Part shown: piece after piece, positions 24,996 to 32,000 of the stretch
Position numbering within the stretch: the stretch's first letter is position 1
How the letters are laid out: each line of letters opens with the position of its first letter
Source of the DNA: Candidatus Velamenicoccus archaeovorus
GTDB taxonomy: Bacteria; Omnitrophota; Gorgyraeia; Velamenicoccales; Velamenicoccaceae
Reading direction: 5' to 3'
Assembly: GCF_004102945.1 (NCBI RefSeq)
Contig: NZ_CP019384.1
Location: 1,440,001-1,472,000 of the forward strand
DNA: 32,000 nt
The notes under the pieces: model-generated
Told to the model about the DNA's origin: nothing
Seen by the model: the letters and a program-made list of their open reading frames with translations, nothing else
Databases searched by the model: none
Made by a program: the position numbers and the translations under genes

Positions 24996-26468
24996 TTACA
25001 AAATAAACCTGACGTCGCTCTTCACAGGATGCTTCTCGATTTCCTGCGCGATCTTTTCCGGGATATCGGGCTTGCGAAGCTTATAATACATGTAATTCTT
25101 GTAACTTTCTACGCCGGGCTGATCGAAGGCATTGACGTTTAAAAGTTCGCCTTCAAAGGCAGTCGCCATCTCAAAAAAATAGAGAAGCCCACCCCATGTC
25201 CAGGGGGACAATTGCGAAAGCGTGATCGTGCAATTCGGCCGCTTGGCCGATGTCAGGGCCCATGCCGTCGCTTCCTGTGCCAGCGCCAGGAGTTCCGAAA
25301 ATCTTTTCTGCGAAAGAAAGCCCTTGTCGGCCGGAACGGTCACGTCGTCGGCAAAAGAAGCGATACGGATCATCGTGACCGCCTTGTCATTCGGACCTTC
25401 CACATTGTTCTGTTGGATGGAATGAAGGTCCGTCGTTCCCCGGGTGGCCACGGGCGTCCGTCCGGCATGCACCGGCCGGCGGGTATCCGCCTCCCAGGCC
25501 TCGCCTGAGTCTCCAAGCGCCTTGATCCGCCGCGGATATTTCTTTCCGATGCTCTCGGCCAAAAGCTGGCAATACCAGTCAGCCGTAGACTTCAGGCCTT
25601 CCGAAAAAGGCATCATGATGGCGATCGATTTGCCTTTCCTGAGATGCGCCAAATGATGAAGGCTTGCATACATATAGGCCGGGTTCTTAAAAATATCCTC
25701 CAAGGAACATCGTCGCGCCATGGCCTGTGCGCCGCTAAAGACCTCTGCGATATCAACGCCCACGATCGCCAAATGCAGGAGCCCCATATTGAATTCGGAG
25801 AATCGCCCTCCCACACCCGGCAATAAAGGCAGGCTGCGGAAGTTCGACGGGTCCTTAGCTTGCTCCTCCAGGACTTTCTTGCGCAGCGTGCCCGACTTGG
25901 GGTCTGTGATCGCGATGATCTGGCGGCCGTAGTGCGCGCCGACGCCGGCCTTCAACCACTCCTCGACGACATCGAAAACCGCCTTGGTCTCCGTCGTCTC
26001 GCCGGACTTGGAGATCACCGTCACGAATGTTTTTTTGGGATCGAGCTGGCGCAAAAGGACGGCCAACGGCGTCGGGTCGAGGTTGTTGCCTTCGAAATAG
26101 ATGCGGCTGCGCTTCTGGCGCAGCTGAAGGAACTCATTATAATACGGGGCGCACAACGCTTCCTGGGCCGACTTGAGGCCCAGATAGGAACCGCCAATCC
26201 CCAGAGACAGGACATTCTCATACTGGCGGCCGATCTCATCCCCAAGCCTTTGGATCTCTTCGACTGTCTTTTTGTCCTGAAACGGCAGCATCAGCCACTC
26301 CAGGCTCAGGCGCACGCGACTGGCCGGATTTTCCGAAAGGCGGCGGAAATGCCTATGGCACTTGTTCACACGCGGCATCAAACGCCTCAAATCGTATTCC
26401 GTTACGCCGTCGCGGCCACCGACGTTGAAACTCATCATGTTGTTGAAATCAAACTTAATGTCGTTCAT
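24996..26468 (-). CDS. pgi: Glucose-6-phosphate isomerase
   Basis: SIS-domain motifs LGIGGSYLG and VISKSGETTET. ATG 26466-26468 (MNDIKFDF) is chosen, and the ORF extends to 26549. Confidence 0.9.
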   Translation of the reverse strand: MNDIKFDFNNMMSFNVGGRDGVTEYDLRRLMPRVNKCHRHFRRLSENPASRVRLSLEWLMLPFQDKKTVEEIQRLGDEIGRQYENVLSLGIGGSYLGLKSAQEALCAPYYNEFLQLRQKRSRIYFEGNNLDPTPLAVLLRQLDPKKTFVTVISKSGETTETKAVFDVVEEWLKAGVGAHYGRQIIAITDPKSGTLRKKVLEEQAKDPSNFRSLPLLPGVGGRFSEFNMGLLHLAIVGVDIAEVFSGAQAMARRCSLEDIFKNPAYMYASLHHLAHLRKGKSIAIMMPFSEGLKSTADWYCQLLAESIGKKYPRRIKALGDSGEAWEADTRRPVHAGRTPVATRGTTDLHSIQQNNVEGPNDKAVTMIRIASFADDVTVPADKGFLSQKRFSELLALAQEATAWALTSAKRPNCTITLSQLSPWTWGGLLYFFEMATAFEGELLNVNAFDQPGVESYKNYMYYKLRKPDIPEKIAQEIEKHPVKSDVRFIL

Positions 26469-26585
26469 TCCTTTGCCTCGTTCGCATGTTTTCTCACTTG
26501 AATTAACATCGTGCGCACGACGTGAAACGCAAAGATCCCTCATCTTCATCCGCCACTAAAGCGTCGGCGGATCAAATTCGGCCAT

Positions 26586-26608
26586 CAAACTTGCATTCTG
26601 CAAGTTTG
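26586..26608 (-). terminator. Hairpin immediately downstream of glnN
   Basis: CAAACTTGC-ATTCT-GCAAGTTTG, a 9-bp perfect stem, 4 nt after the glnN stop. It has no clear U-tract, so its terminator function is uncertain. Confidence 0.4.
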
Positions 26609-26612
26609 GGCC

Positions 26613-28808
26613 TCATTTGACGAAAAGCATGTCCCTGTACTTCGGCAGGTCCCAATGCTCGTCGGAAATAACACCTTCAAGAAGATCGGCATGCTTACGG
26701 ATATGCTCCATGATGGGCTTGAGATCCGTAAAATACCTGTGGGCCTTCTCGTCTTCCTCAAGACCCTTGGTCTCTTCCAAAAACTGCATCATGGCCTTGG
26801 CGTTCTTGCGGACATAATAGATCATCTCCGTCACTTCGGAAAGATGCACTTTCATGTCGACCACGGACTCCTCGAGGAATTTCAGGCCGGCCGTACTCTC
26901 CAGATGGACGATATGTTCCAGGTTTTGCGAAAGCAGACCCTGATAATCGAAGGCATTGGGCACGATGCAGGAATTAACCATCTCATTCAAGGTCTTGGCC
27001 TCGATCTCCAGGAGCTTGATATACATCTCCAGCCATATCTTGTAACGCGCCTTCAGTTCCTCGCGGTTAAAGACCTTGTACTTCTCAAAAAGGGCGACAT
27101 TTTCTTCCTTTACAAGCGCCTTGAGGGCCTCGGAGGTCGACGGCTCGTTCGGCAACCCTCTCTTGGCCGCCTCTTTCTTCCACTCCTCGGAATAATTATT
27201 CCCTTCAAAACGGATCTTTTTGGTCTCGCGGATCACCTCGGCCAAAACGGCAAGCACGGCCGTATTGAAATCCTTGGATTTCTGCGCCGCTTCGATCTTG
27301 GTACGCACATAATCCATGGAATCCGCAACGATCGTATTGATGACCGTAATGGCGGTCGAGATATTCTGCGACGAACCCACGGCGCGGAACTCGAACTTAT
27401 TGCCGGTGAAGGCAAAAGGCGACGTGCGGTTCCTGTCGGTCATGTCCTTATTGACCAAGGGCAGACGGGCGACACCCAGGTCCATGATGTCCTGGCGGCT
27501 GATCTGGGTCTTCTTGCCCTTCTCAACGGTGTCGAGGATCTGTGTCAACTGGTCGCCCAGAAAGACGGAGATGATCGCCGGCGGCGCTTCATTGGCGCCC
27601 AGACGGTGTTCGTTGCCTGCGGAGGCCACGCTGGCGCGCAGGAGGTCCGCGTGCGTATCGACGGCGCGCAGGACGGCGACCAGGATCGCCAAAAACTGAA
27701 GGCTGTCCTCGGGCGTCTTGCCGGGATTCAACAGGTTATTGCCCTTATCGTCGGACATGGACCAGTTGAGATGTTTCCCCGAGCCGTTGATGCCGGCAAA
27801 GGGCTTCTCATGAAGCAGGCAGACCATATCATGGCGCAGGGCCATCTTTTTCATGATCTCCATCAGGAGCTGGTTGTGGTCCGCCGCCAAGTTCGATTCC
27901 TCGAAGATCGGCGCAAACTCATACTGGTGAGGCGCGACTTCGTTATGGCGCGTCATGACCGGGATGCCCAGCTTATAGGCCTCCTCGCCGACCTCGTACA
28001 TGTAATTCACGACCCTCTCCTTGATCGAGCCGAAGTACTGATCTTCCATCTGCTGGTCTTTGGGCGAAGGGGCGCCGACAAGAGTCCGTCCGGTCAACAA
28101 CAGGTCCTGACGCAGCCTGTAGAAGTTCTTGTCGATCAGGAAGTATTCCTGCTCGGGGCCGCACGTGGAAAAAACCTTCCTGACATTCTTGCTGCCGAAG
28201 AGCTTGAGGAAGCGAACGGCGGATGCGCTCAGGGCCTCGATGGAACGCAGATGAGGCAGTTTCTTATCCAACGCATAGCCGTGATAGGCGACGAAAATCG
28301 TCGGGATACACAATGTCTTGCCCAGCTTGCTTTCGATGATGAACGCCGGGCTCGTCGGGTCCCACGCGGTATAACCGCGCGCCTCAAAAGTCGTGCGGAT
28401 GCCGCCCGAAGGGAAACTCGAGGCGTCGGGCTCGCCCTTGATGAGCTTGCTTCCGGAAAACGTCTCAATCACCTTGCCCGGCGAAGAAGCAAAAGAGATG
28501 AAACTGTCGTGCTTCTCGGCCGTCATGCCCGTCATGGGCTGAAACCAGTGCGTGTAATAGGTGGCCCCCCGCTCGACCGCCCATCTCTTCATGGCATCGG
28601 CGATCTCATTGGCCTGGACGAGCGATATCTGCTTACCCTCTTCCATCCACGCCTCGAAGGCCTCGAAGGTCTTCTTGGATATATGCTTTTTCATCGTCGG
28701 GACGCTAAAGGTGTTTTCGCCGAAGTAGCTGGAGACCTTCTTGAATTTCTTGACCTCGGGAAAAGGCTTCGTCTCGATCGACTTAAGTATTTCTTGTCTG
28801 ATATTCAT
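26613..28808 (-). CDS. glnN: Glutamine synthetase type III
   Basis: 731 aa, a length and N-terminal region (GATYYTHWFQPMTG) typical of GSIII. Catalytic-domain motifs include HNEVAPHQYE and NGSGKHLNWS. Confidence 0.95.
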   Translation of the reverse strand: MNIRQEILKSIETKPFPEVKKFKKVSSYFGENTFSVPTMKKHISKKTFEAFEAWMEEGKQISLVQANEIADAMKRWAVERGATYYTHWFQPMTGMTAEKHDSFISFASSPGKVIETFSGSKLIKGEPDASSFPSGGIRTTFEARGYTAWDPTSPAFIIESKLGKTLCIPTIFVAYHGYALDKKLPHLRSIEALSASAVRFLKLFGSKNVRKVFSTCGPEQEYFLIDKNFYRLRQDLLLTGRTLVGAPSPKDQQMEDQYFGSIKERVVNYMYEVGEEAYKLGIPVMTRHNEVAPHQYEFAPIFEESNLAADHNQLLMEIMKKMALRHDMVCLLHEKPFAGINGSGKHLNWSMSDDKGNNLLNPGKTPEDSLQFLAILVAVLRAVDTHADLLRASVASAGNEHRLGANEAPPAIISVFLGDQLTQILDTVEKGKKTQISRQDIMDLGVARLPLVNKDMTDRNRTSPFAFTGNKFEFRAVGSSQNISTAITVINTIVADSMDYVRTKIEAAQKSKDFNTAVLAVLAEVIRETKKIRFEGNNYSEEWKKEAAKRGLPNEPSTSEALKALVKEENVALFEKYKVFNREELKARYKIWLEMYIKLLEIEAKTLNEMVNSCIVPNAFDYQGLLSQNLEHIVHLESTAGLKFLEESVVDMKVHLSEVTEMIYYVRKNAKAMMQFLEETKGLEEDEKAHRYFTDLKPIMEHIRKHADLLEGVISDEHWDLPKYRDMLFVK

Positions 28809-29081
28809 GACTGATTCTCCTTAATTCCGCCTCTGGCGGAATTAGGCCCTCCGCTATGTGGAATGCGGAGGCCTACCCTTTCTGGGTTAACTCCGAGTGC
28901 AGCTGAAAAATTTCTGGTTGCCCGTCTGAGCTCTGCGAAGGCTGGGTGCAGACAGAAATTTTCAGGCCCTCCGCTTATTCGGTATTGCGGAGGCCTACCC
29001 CTTGTGGGTTAGCTGTTTACACGAGGAGTAACGTTTCTTTCCTTAATCCTTCCGCCTCTGGCGGGGTCTTTCTTTACTTCC
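28809..29081 (-). promoter_or_regulatory. Structured 273-nt leader of glnN with a duplicated two-hairpin motif
   Basis: Two copies lie at plus-strand coordinates 28844-28891 and 28964-29013. Each reads AGGCCCTCCGC-loop-GCGGAGGCCTACCC-loop-GGGTTA. A central 13-bp helix pairs 28903-28916 with 28953-28965. A hairpin AATTCCGCC-TCT-GGCGGAATT (28823-28843) abuts the SD (28817-22), and a related hairpin lies at 29052-29064. Confidence 0.55.
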
Positions 29082-30242
29082 TCACAACCCCTTCATATAC
29101 TCTTCCATGCGGTCCATGGCTTCTCTCAATTTATCAAAGCCCGTCGCGAAAGAAATGCGGATATGGCCGTCGTATTCAGGACCAAAGGCCGTACCCGGGA
29201 CAACAGCGACCTTCTTCTCTTTCAGGAGCTTCGAAGCGAAATCCATGCCGTTCATTTTCGACTTCTTGACCGAAGGGAACACATAAAAAGTCCCCTGGGG
29301 CTTGTGGCAGGAAAGTCCCATGTCGTTGAGGCGGCCCACGACAAACTCGCGCCGTCTCATGTATTCCTGCCTCATGTCTTCAACAGGCTTGCGTGTACCC
29401 ACAACCGCCTCGCAGGCGGCCATCTGAGACATGATCGGCACGCACATGATCGTGTACTGGTGGATCTTGGTCATGGCGGCGATGATGTCTTTCGGGCCGC
29501 AGGCATAGCCGACGCGCCAGCCGGTCATGGCGTAGGCCTTGGAAAAGCCGTTGAGATACACCGTGCGCTCCTTTGCGCCCGGCAATGCGGCAAAAGGCGT
29601 ATGGGTAAAATCATAAGTCAGCTCGTCATAAACCTCGTCGGAGACGACCAGGACCCCATGCCTCTCCAAAACACGATTGATGGCAGACAACTCTGTCTTC
29701 GTATAGGAAACACCCGTCGGATTACACGGGTAATTGAAAATGATCGCTTTTGTGCCCGGCTCGATCGCTTTTTTAAGGTCGTCGGGCGTCAGCTTGAATC
29801 CGTTGCCGGACCTCAGGACGATCCGGGTGACCTCTGCCCCCGCCAGCTCGGCAACCGGGGCATAAGAGACGTAGCTGGGCGAGCAGACGATGACCTTATC
29901 GCCGGGATTGATCAGGGCTCGCAAGACCAAATCAACGGCCTCGCTGACACCGACCGTAATCAAAATCTCGTCTTCCACGCCGTAATGAAGGCCGAACCGC
30001 CTTTTCAAATCCTGGGAGACATACGTCCGCAACTTGACCAATCCCTTATTGGACGTATAAGACGTATATCCTTCTTCTATGGAATAAATAGCGCTCTCGC
30101 GGATATGCCAAGGCGTGACAAAATCCGGCTCGCCCACCCCCAGGGAAATAACATCCTTCATGCCGAGAACCAGGTCAAAAAAGACCCGGATCCCCGACGG
30201 AGGCATCACCTGCACTTTATGGGAAACCATTGTTTTTTTCAT
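29082..30242 (-). CDS. Pyridoxal-phosphate-dependent aminotransferase, class I (aspartate/aromatic aminotransferase-like)
   Basis: PPSGIR near the N-terminus, NPCNPTG and SFSKAYAMTGWRVGY (PLP lysine). The start is uncertain: ATG 30242, ATG 30230 or TTG 30278. Confidence 0.9.
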   Translation of the reverse strand: MKKTMVSHKVQVMPPSGIRVFFDLVLGMKDVISLGVGEPDFVTPWHIRESAIYSIEEGYTSYTSNKGLVKLRTYVSQDLKRRFGLHYGVEDEILITVGVSEAVDLVLRALINPGDKVIVCSPSYVSYAPVAELAGAEVTRIVLRSGNGFKLTPDDLKKAIEPGTKAIIFNYPCNPTGVSYTKTELSAINRVLERHGVLVVSDEVYDELTYDFTHTPFAALPGAKERTVYLNGFSKAYAMTGWRVGYACGPKDIIAAMTKIHQYTIMCVPIMSQMAACEAVVGTRKPVEDMRQEYMRRREFVVGRLNDMGLSCHKPQGTFYVFPSVKKSKMNGMDFASKLLKEKKVAVVPGTAFGPEYDGHIRISFATGFDKLREAMDRMEEYMKGL

Positions 30243-30405
30243 GCTTTTTTGAGAAGTTTTAAATTCATCATAGTTCAATCACCAATACCCAATATCCAAT
30301 CATCAAACAAAAAACATTGTTTGGTTATTGGCTTTTGGTGATTGGTCATTGCCTGGTTATTGTATCTTGGTGTTTGGTTATTTCTTGAACAAAAGCCAGT
30401 ACCTT

Positions 30406-30464
30406 CCCTGGCCTTGTCCTCGGCCTGTGCCCTTCGGGCAAGGCCAGGGGCAGGCCGAGGACAA
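30406..30464 (-). promoter_or_regulatory. Interleaved complementary segments (A-B-A'-B') downstream of the Lrp gene
   Basis: A is 30406-30416, CCCTGGCCTTG, pairing with A' 30439-30449, CAAGGCCAGGG (11 bp). B is 30414-30427, TTGTCCTCGGCCTG, pairing with B' 30451-30464, CAGGCCGAGGACAA (14 bp). A small TGCCC-TTC-GGGCA hairpin lies between them. It may be a terminator with an alternative fold. Confidence 0.5.
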
Positions 30465-30482
30465 AGACAGACATCTTGGCGC

Positions 30483-30968
30483 TTAATACGAGATGGCCAA
30501 GCGTCTGTCTTCTTCGGCGCATTTCAAAATGATCCCGTCTTCTTTGTATTTTTTCAGCAGAAAATGAGTCACCGTGCCCCGCACGTTCTCCATAGGCGAA
30601 AGCTTTTCGGAGACGAACCTCGAGACGGTCTTTAAGTCCCTTCCTTCCACCACCAAAAGAAGATCGTAACTGCCCGAGAGAAGATAACAGCTCTTGACCT
30701 CCGGGAAACTGTAGATGCGCTCGGCAACCTTATCGAATCCCAGGTCTTTCTGCGGCGCCACCTTGACCTCGATGAGCGCGCGGACCTCGCTCTCTTTGTC
30801 CTTGACCAGCTCTTTATTGACGACGGCGCGATATCCCAGAAGGATGCCCTCCTTCTCGTATCTCTTGATGCGCTTTCTGACCTCATCAACCTTGATCCTG
30901 GCCAATTTTGATATTTCTTGAGGCGTGATCCTGGCGTCTTTCTGCAACAATTCAAGGATTACATCCAT
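30483..30968 (-). CDS. Lrp/AsnC family transcriptional regulator
   Basis: 161 aa. It has an N-terminal HTH (ILELLQKDARITPQEISKLARIKVDEVRKRIKRYEKEGIL) and a C-terminal RAM/ACT-like domain. RBS is AAGGGGGA. Confidence 0.9.
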   Translation of the reverse strand: MDVILELLQKDARITPQEISKLARIKVDEVRKRIKRYEKEGILLGYRAVVNKELVKDKESEVRALIEVKVAPQKDLGFDKVAERIYSFPEVKSCYLLSGSYDLLLVVEGRDLKTVSRFVSEKLSPMENVRGTVTHFLLKKYKEDGIILKCAEEDRRLAISY

Positions 30969-31061
30969 ACGATCCCCCTTGGCTCATCAACATGCAACAA
31001 ATACATTATCTGGAGCCCTCGCCCGCCGCTTACGGTGGGCAGGGGCAACGTCCCCCTCCAC

Positions 31062-31102
31062 CATAGTTGTGTCTGCGGCTAAAACCAGCAGACACAACTA
31101 TG
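31062..31102. other. 15-bp perfect hairpin in the Lrp upstream region
   Basis: CATAGTTGTGTCTGC-GGCTAAAACCA-GCAGACACAACTATG. It is flanked by GC-rich hairpins at 31021-31057. Confidence 0.6.
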
Positions 31103-31152
31103 ATAAATGGGATTAAGCCTCAAAAGCGCGTTAATCCTTCCTTGCGGGCGCA

Positions 31153-31180
31153 CCCATCAGAGAACACGTTCTCTGACGGG
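31153..31180. terminator. Conserved palindrome family member 3, downstream of the amidotransferase gene
   Basis: CCCATCAGAGAAC-AC-GTTCTCTGACGGG has one mismatch. It lies about 90 nt downstream of the stop at 31269. Confidence 0.5.
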
Positions 31181-31268
31181 GCTTCCAAATTTTAACACCT
31201 GCTCTTAAGCCTTACAAGCGATTTTTGGAAGACGAAAATACGGCATAGCTCCCCACCTTTTTCGGGCA

Positions 31269-31964
31269 TCAAAGGCTTCTCATGCAGCGGACAAACCCCT
31301 CGTAGATATCCTTCGCCTGGGCGTCAAAAGCAACCTTTAAATGTTCGTAAGTCTCCCTTATCCCCGGTCGGCTCTCCGGCCGATCATCCCGGAACCACGA
31401 AGAAAGCATGGACCCGTCCACTTCCACATGAAACTGGAACCCCCATGCCGCATCCTGAAATGAAAATGCCTGATGAATACCGTTACCTTGAGCCAGTAAG
31501 ACGCCACCCGCAGGCAATTCAAATGTATCTTCATGCCACTGAAAGACTTTCGTCCTGACATCGAAGTTTTTCATCAATGGGTCGTCTTTGGCAGCGCCGG
31601 TCAAATCCAAGCCATACCAACCTATTTCCCTGGCCGGAGATTTTTTGACGCGGCCTCCAAGACTGACGGCGACAAGCTGTGCGCCGAGACAAATCCCTAA
31701 CACCGGGATTTTTTGCATCACGAGCTCCCGGATAAGATATCTCTCCACGGTCAGGAAAGGATATTTCTCTTCCTCGTAGACATTCATGAGGCCCCCCATG
31801 ATGACGACGCCCCCTATATCCGAAAGATCCAGCGGGCACAAGCCGGCTCCGTTGTCTTTCCAGACATCCACCACATCATATCCGATTTTGTTCTCGGAAA
31901 GGTAAGTCCCCAGCGTGCCCGGGCCTTCGTTGTCGATGTGCTTGATGATGAGAATTTTTTTCAT
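31269..31964 (-). CDS. Class I glutamine amidotransferase-like protein
   Basis: The nucleophile elbow GICLGAQL and a later H-E pair context (FQFHVEV) are present. ATG 31962-31964 preceded by GGGGAGG is chosen, and the ORF extends to 31988. Confidence 0.85.
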   Translation of the reverse strand: MKKILIIKHIDNEGPGTLGTYLSENKIGYDVVDVWKDNGAGLCPLDLSDIGGVVIMGGLMNVYEEEKYPFLTVERYLIRELVMQKIPVLGICLGAQLVAVSLGGRVKKSPAREIGWYGLDLTGAAKDDPLMKNFDVRTKVFQWHEDTFELPAGGVLLAQGNGIHQAFSFQDAAWGFQFHVEVDGSMLSSWFRDDRPESRPGIRETYEHLKVAFDAQAKDIYEGFVRCMRSL

Positions 31965-32000
31965 AAAACCTCCCCTGCGAAACACCAAAAAACCTGTTAC

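Noticed and set aside
28809-29081. Identity of the glnN leader motif with the known glutamine riboswitches (glnA RNA or Downstream-peptide motif).
   Set aside because: The conserved strings I recall for those motifs (ACGGAAGUAGG, GAAGGAAC) are not present. Only a vague GGGUAGG resemblance exists, so no claim of identity is made. Rfam/Infernal should decide.

Overview
The window is a 32 kb bacterial chromosomal segment of moderate GC. It is densely coded, and 24 of the 25 protein-coding genes called here (including one pseudogene), plus both tRNAs, lie on the minus strand. All calls come from reading the sequence and recognising motifs in the ORF track. No searches were run, and hand-indexed coordinates of small elements may be off by 1-2 nt.

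Gene content, left to right:
- A translationally coupled NCS2 purine permease / radical-SAM(SPASM-like) / BASS transporter trio.
- An accessory-looking 3.3 kb region (3.3-6.6 kb) with two tRNA-Ser genes, tRNA-like remnants, a disrupted four-helix-bundle gene and an orphan secretion-type ATPase.
- A membrane protein, serS, a bPH2 membrane protein, rtcB and archease.
- A HAD hydrolase, nicotinamidase, PduO-type corrinoid adenosyltransferase and a PilZ protein (the only plus-strand gene).
- gltD and gltB, a PRTase-family protein, an M48 peptidase fused to GYF and zinc-ribbon modules, and LemA.
- glgC, pgi, type III glutamine synthetase (glnN), a class I aminotransferase, an Lrp/AsnC regulator and a class I glutamine amidotransferase.

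Most interesting observations:
1. The two tRNA-Ser loci are each bracketed by inverted, structured repeats that are 98 percent identical between loci, far better conserved than the tRNAs themselves.
2. Degenerate tRNA-Ser-like units are stacked upstream of each tRNA. Two of them are interrupted at the D-loop position by a small palindromic insertion.
3. The orphan ATPase gene sits between the two cassettes.
4. The 273-nt leader of glnN carries a duplicated two-hairpin motif plus a hairpin abutting the Shine-Dalgarno sequence. This is a candidate nitrogen-responsive cis-regulatory RNA that I could not match to a known riboswitch.
5. A family of sequence-conserved palindromes (CCCNTYAGAGA...TCTCTRANGGG) lies at gene ends, and several other intergenic regions hold unusually long perfect hairpins.

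I do not see a recognisable defence system, CRISPR array, integrase or transposase in this window.
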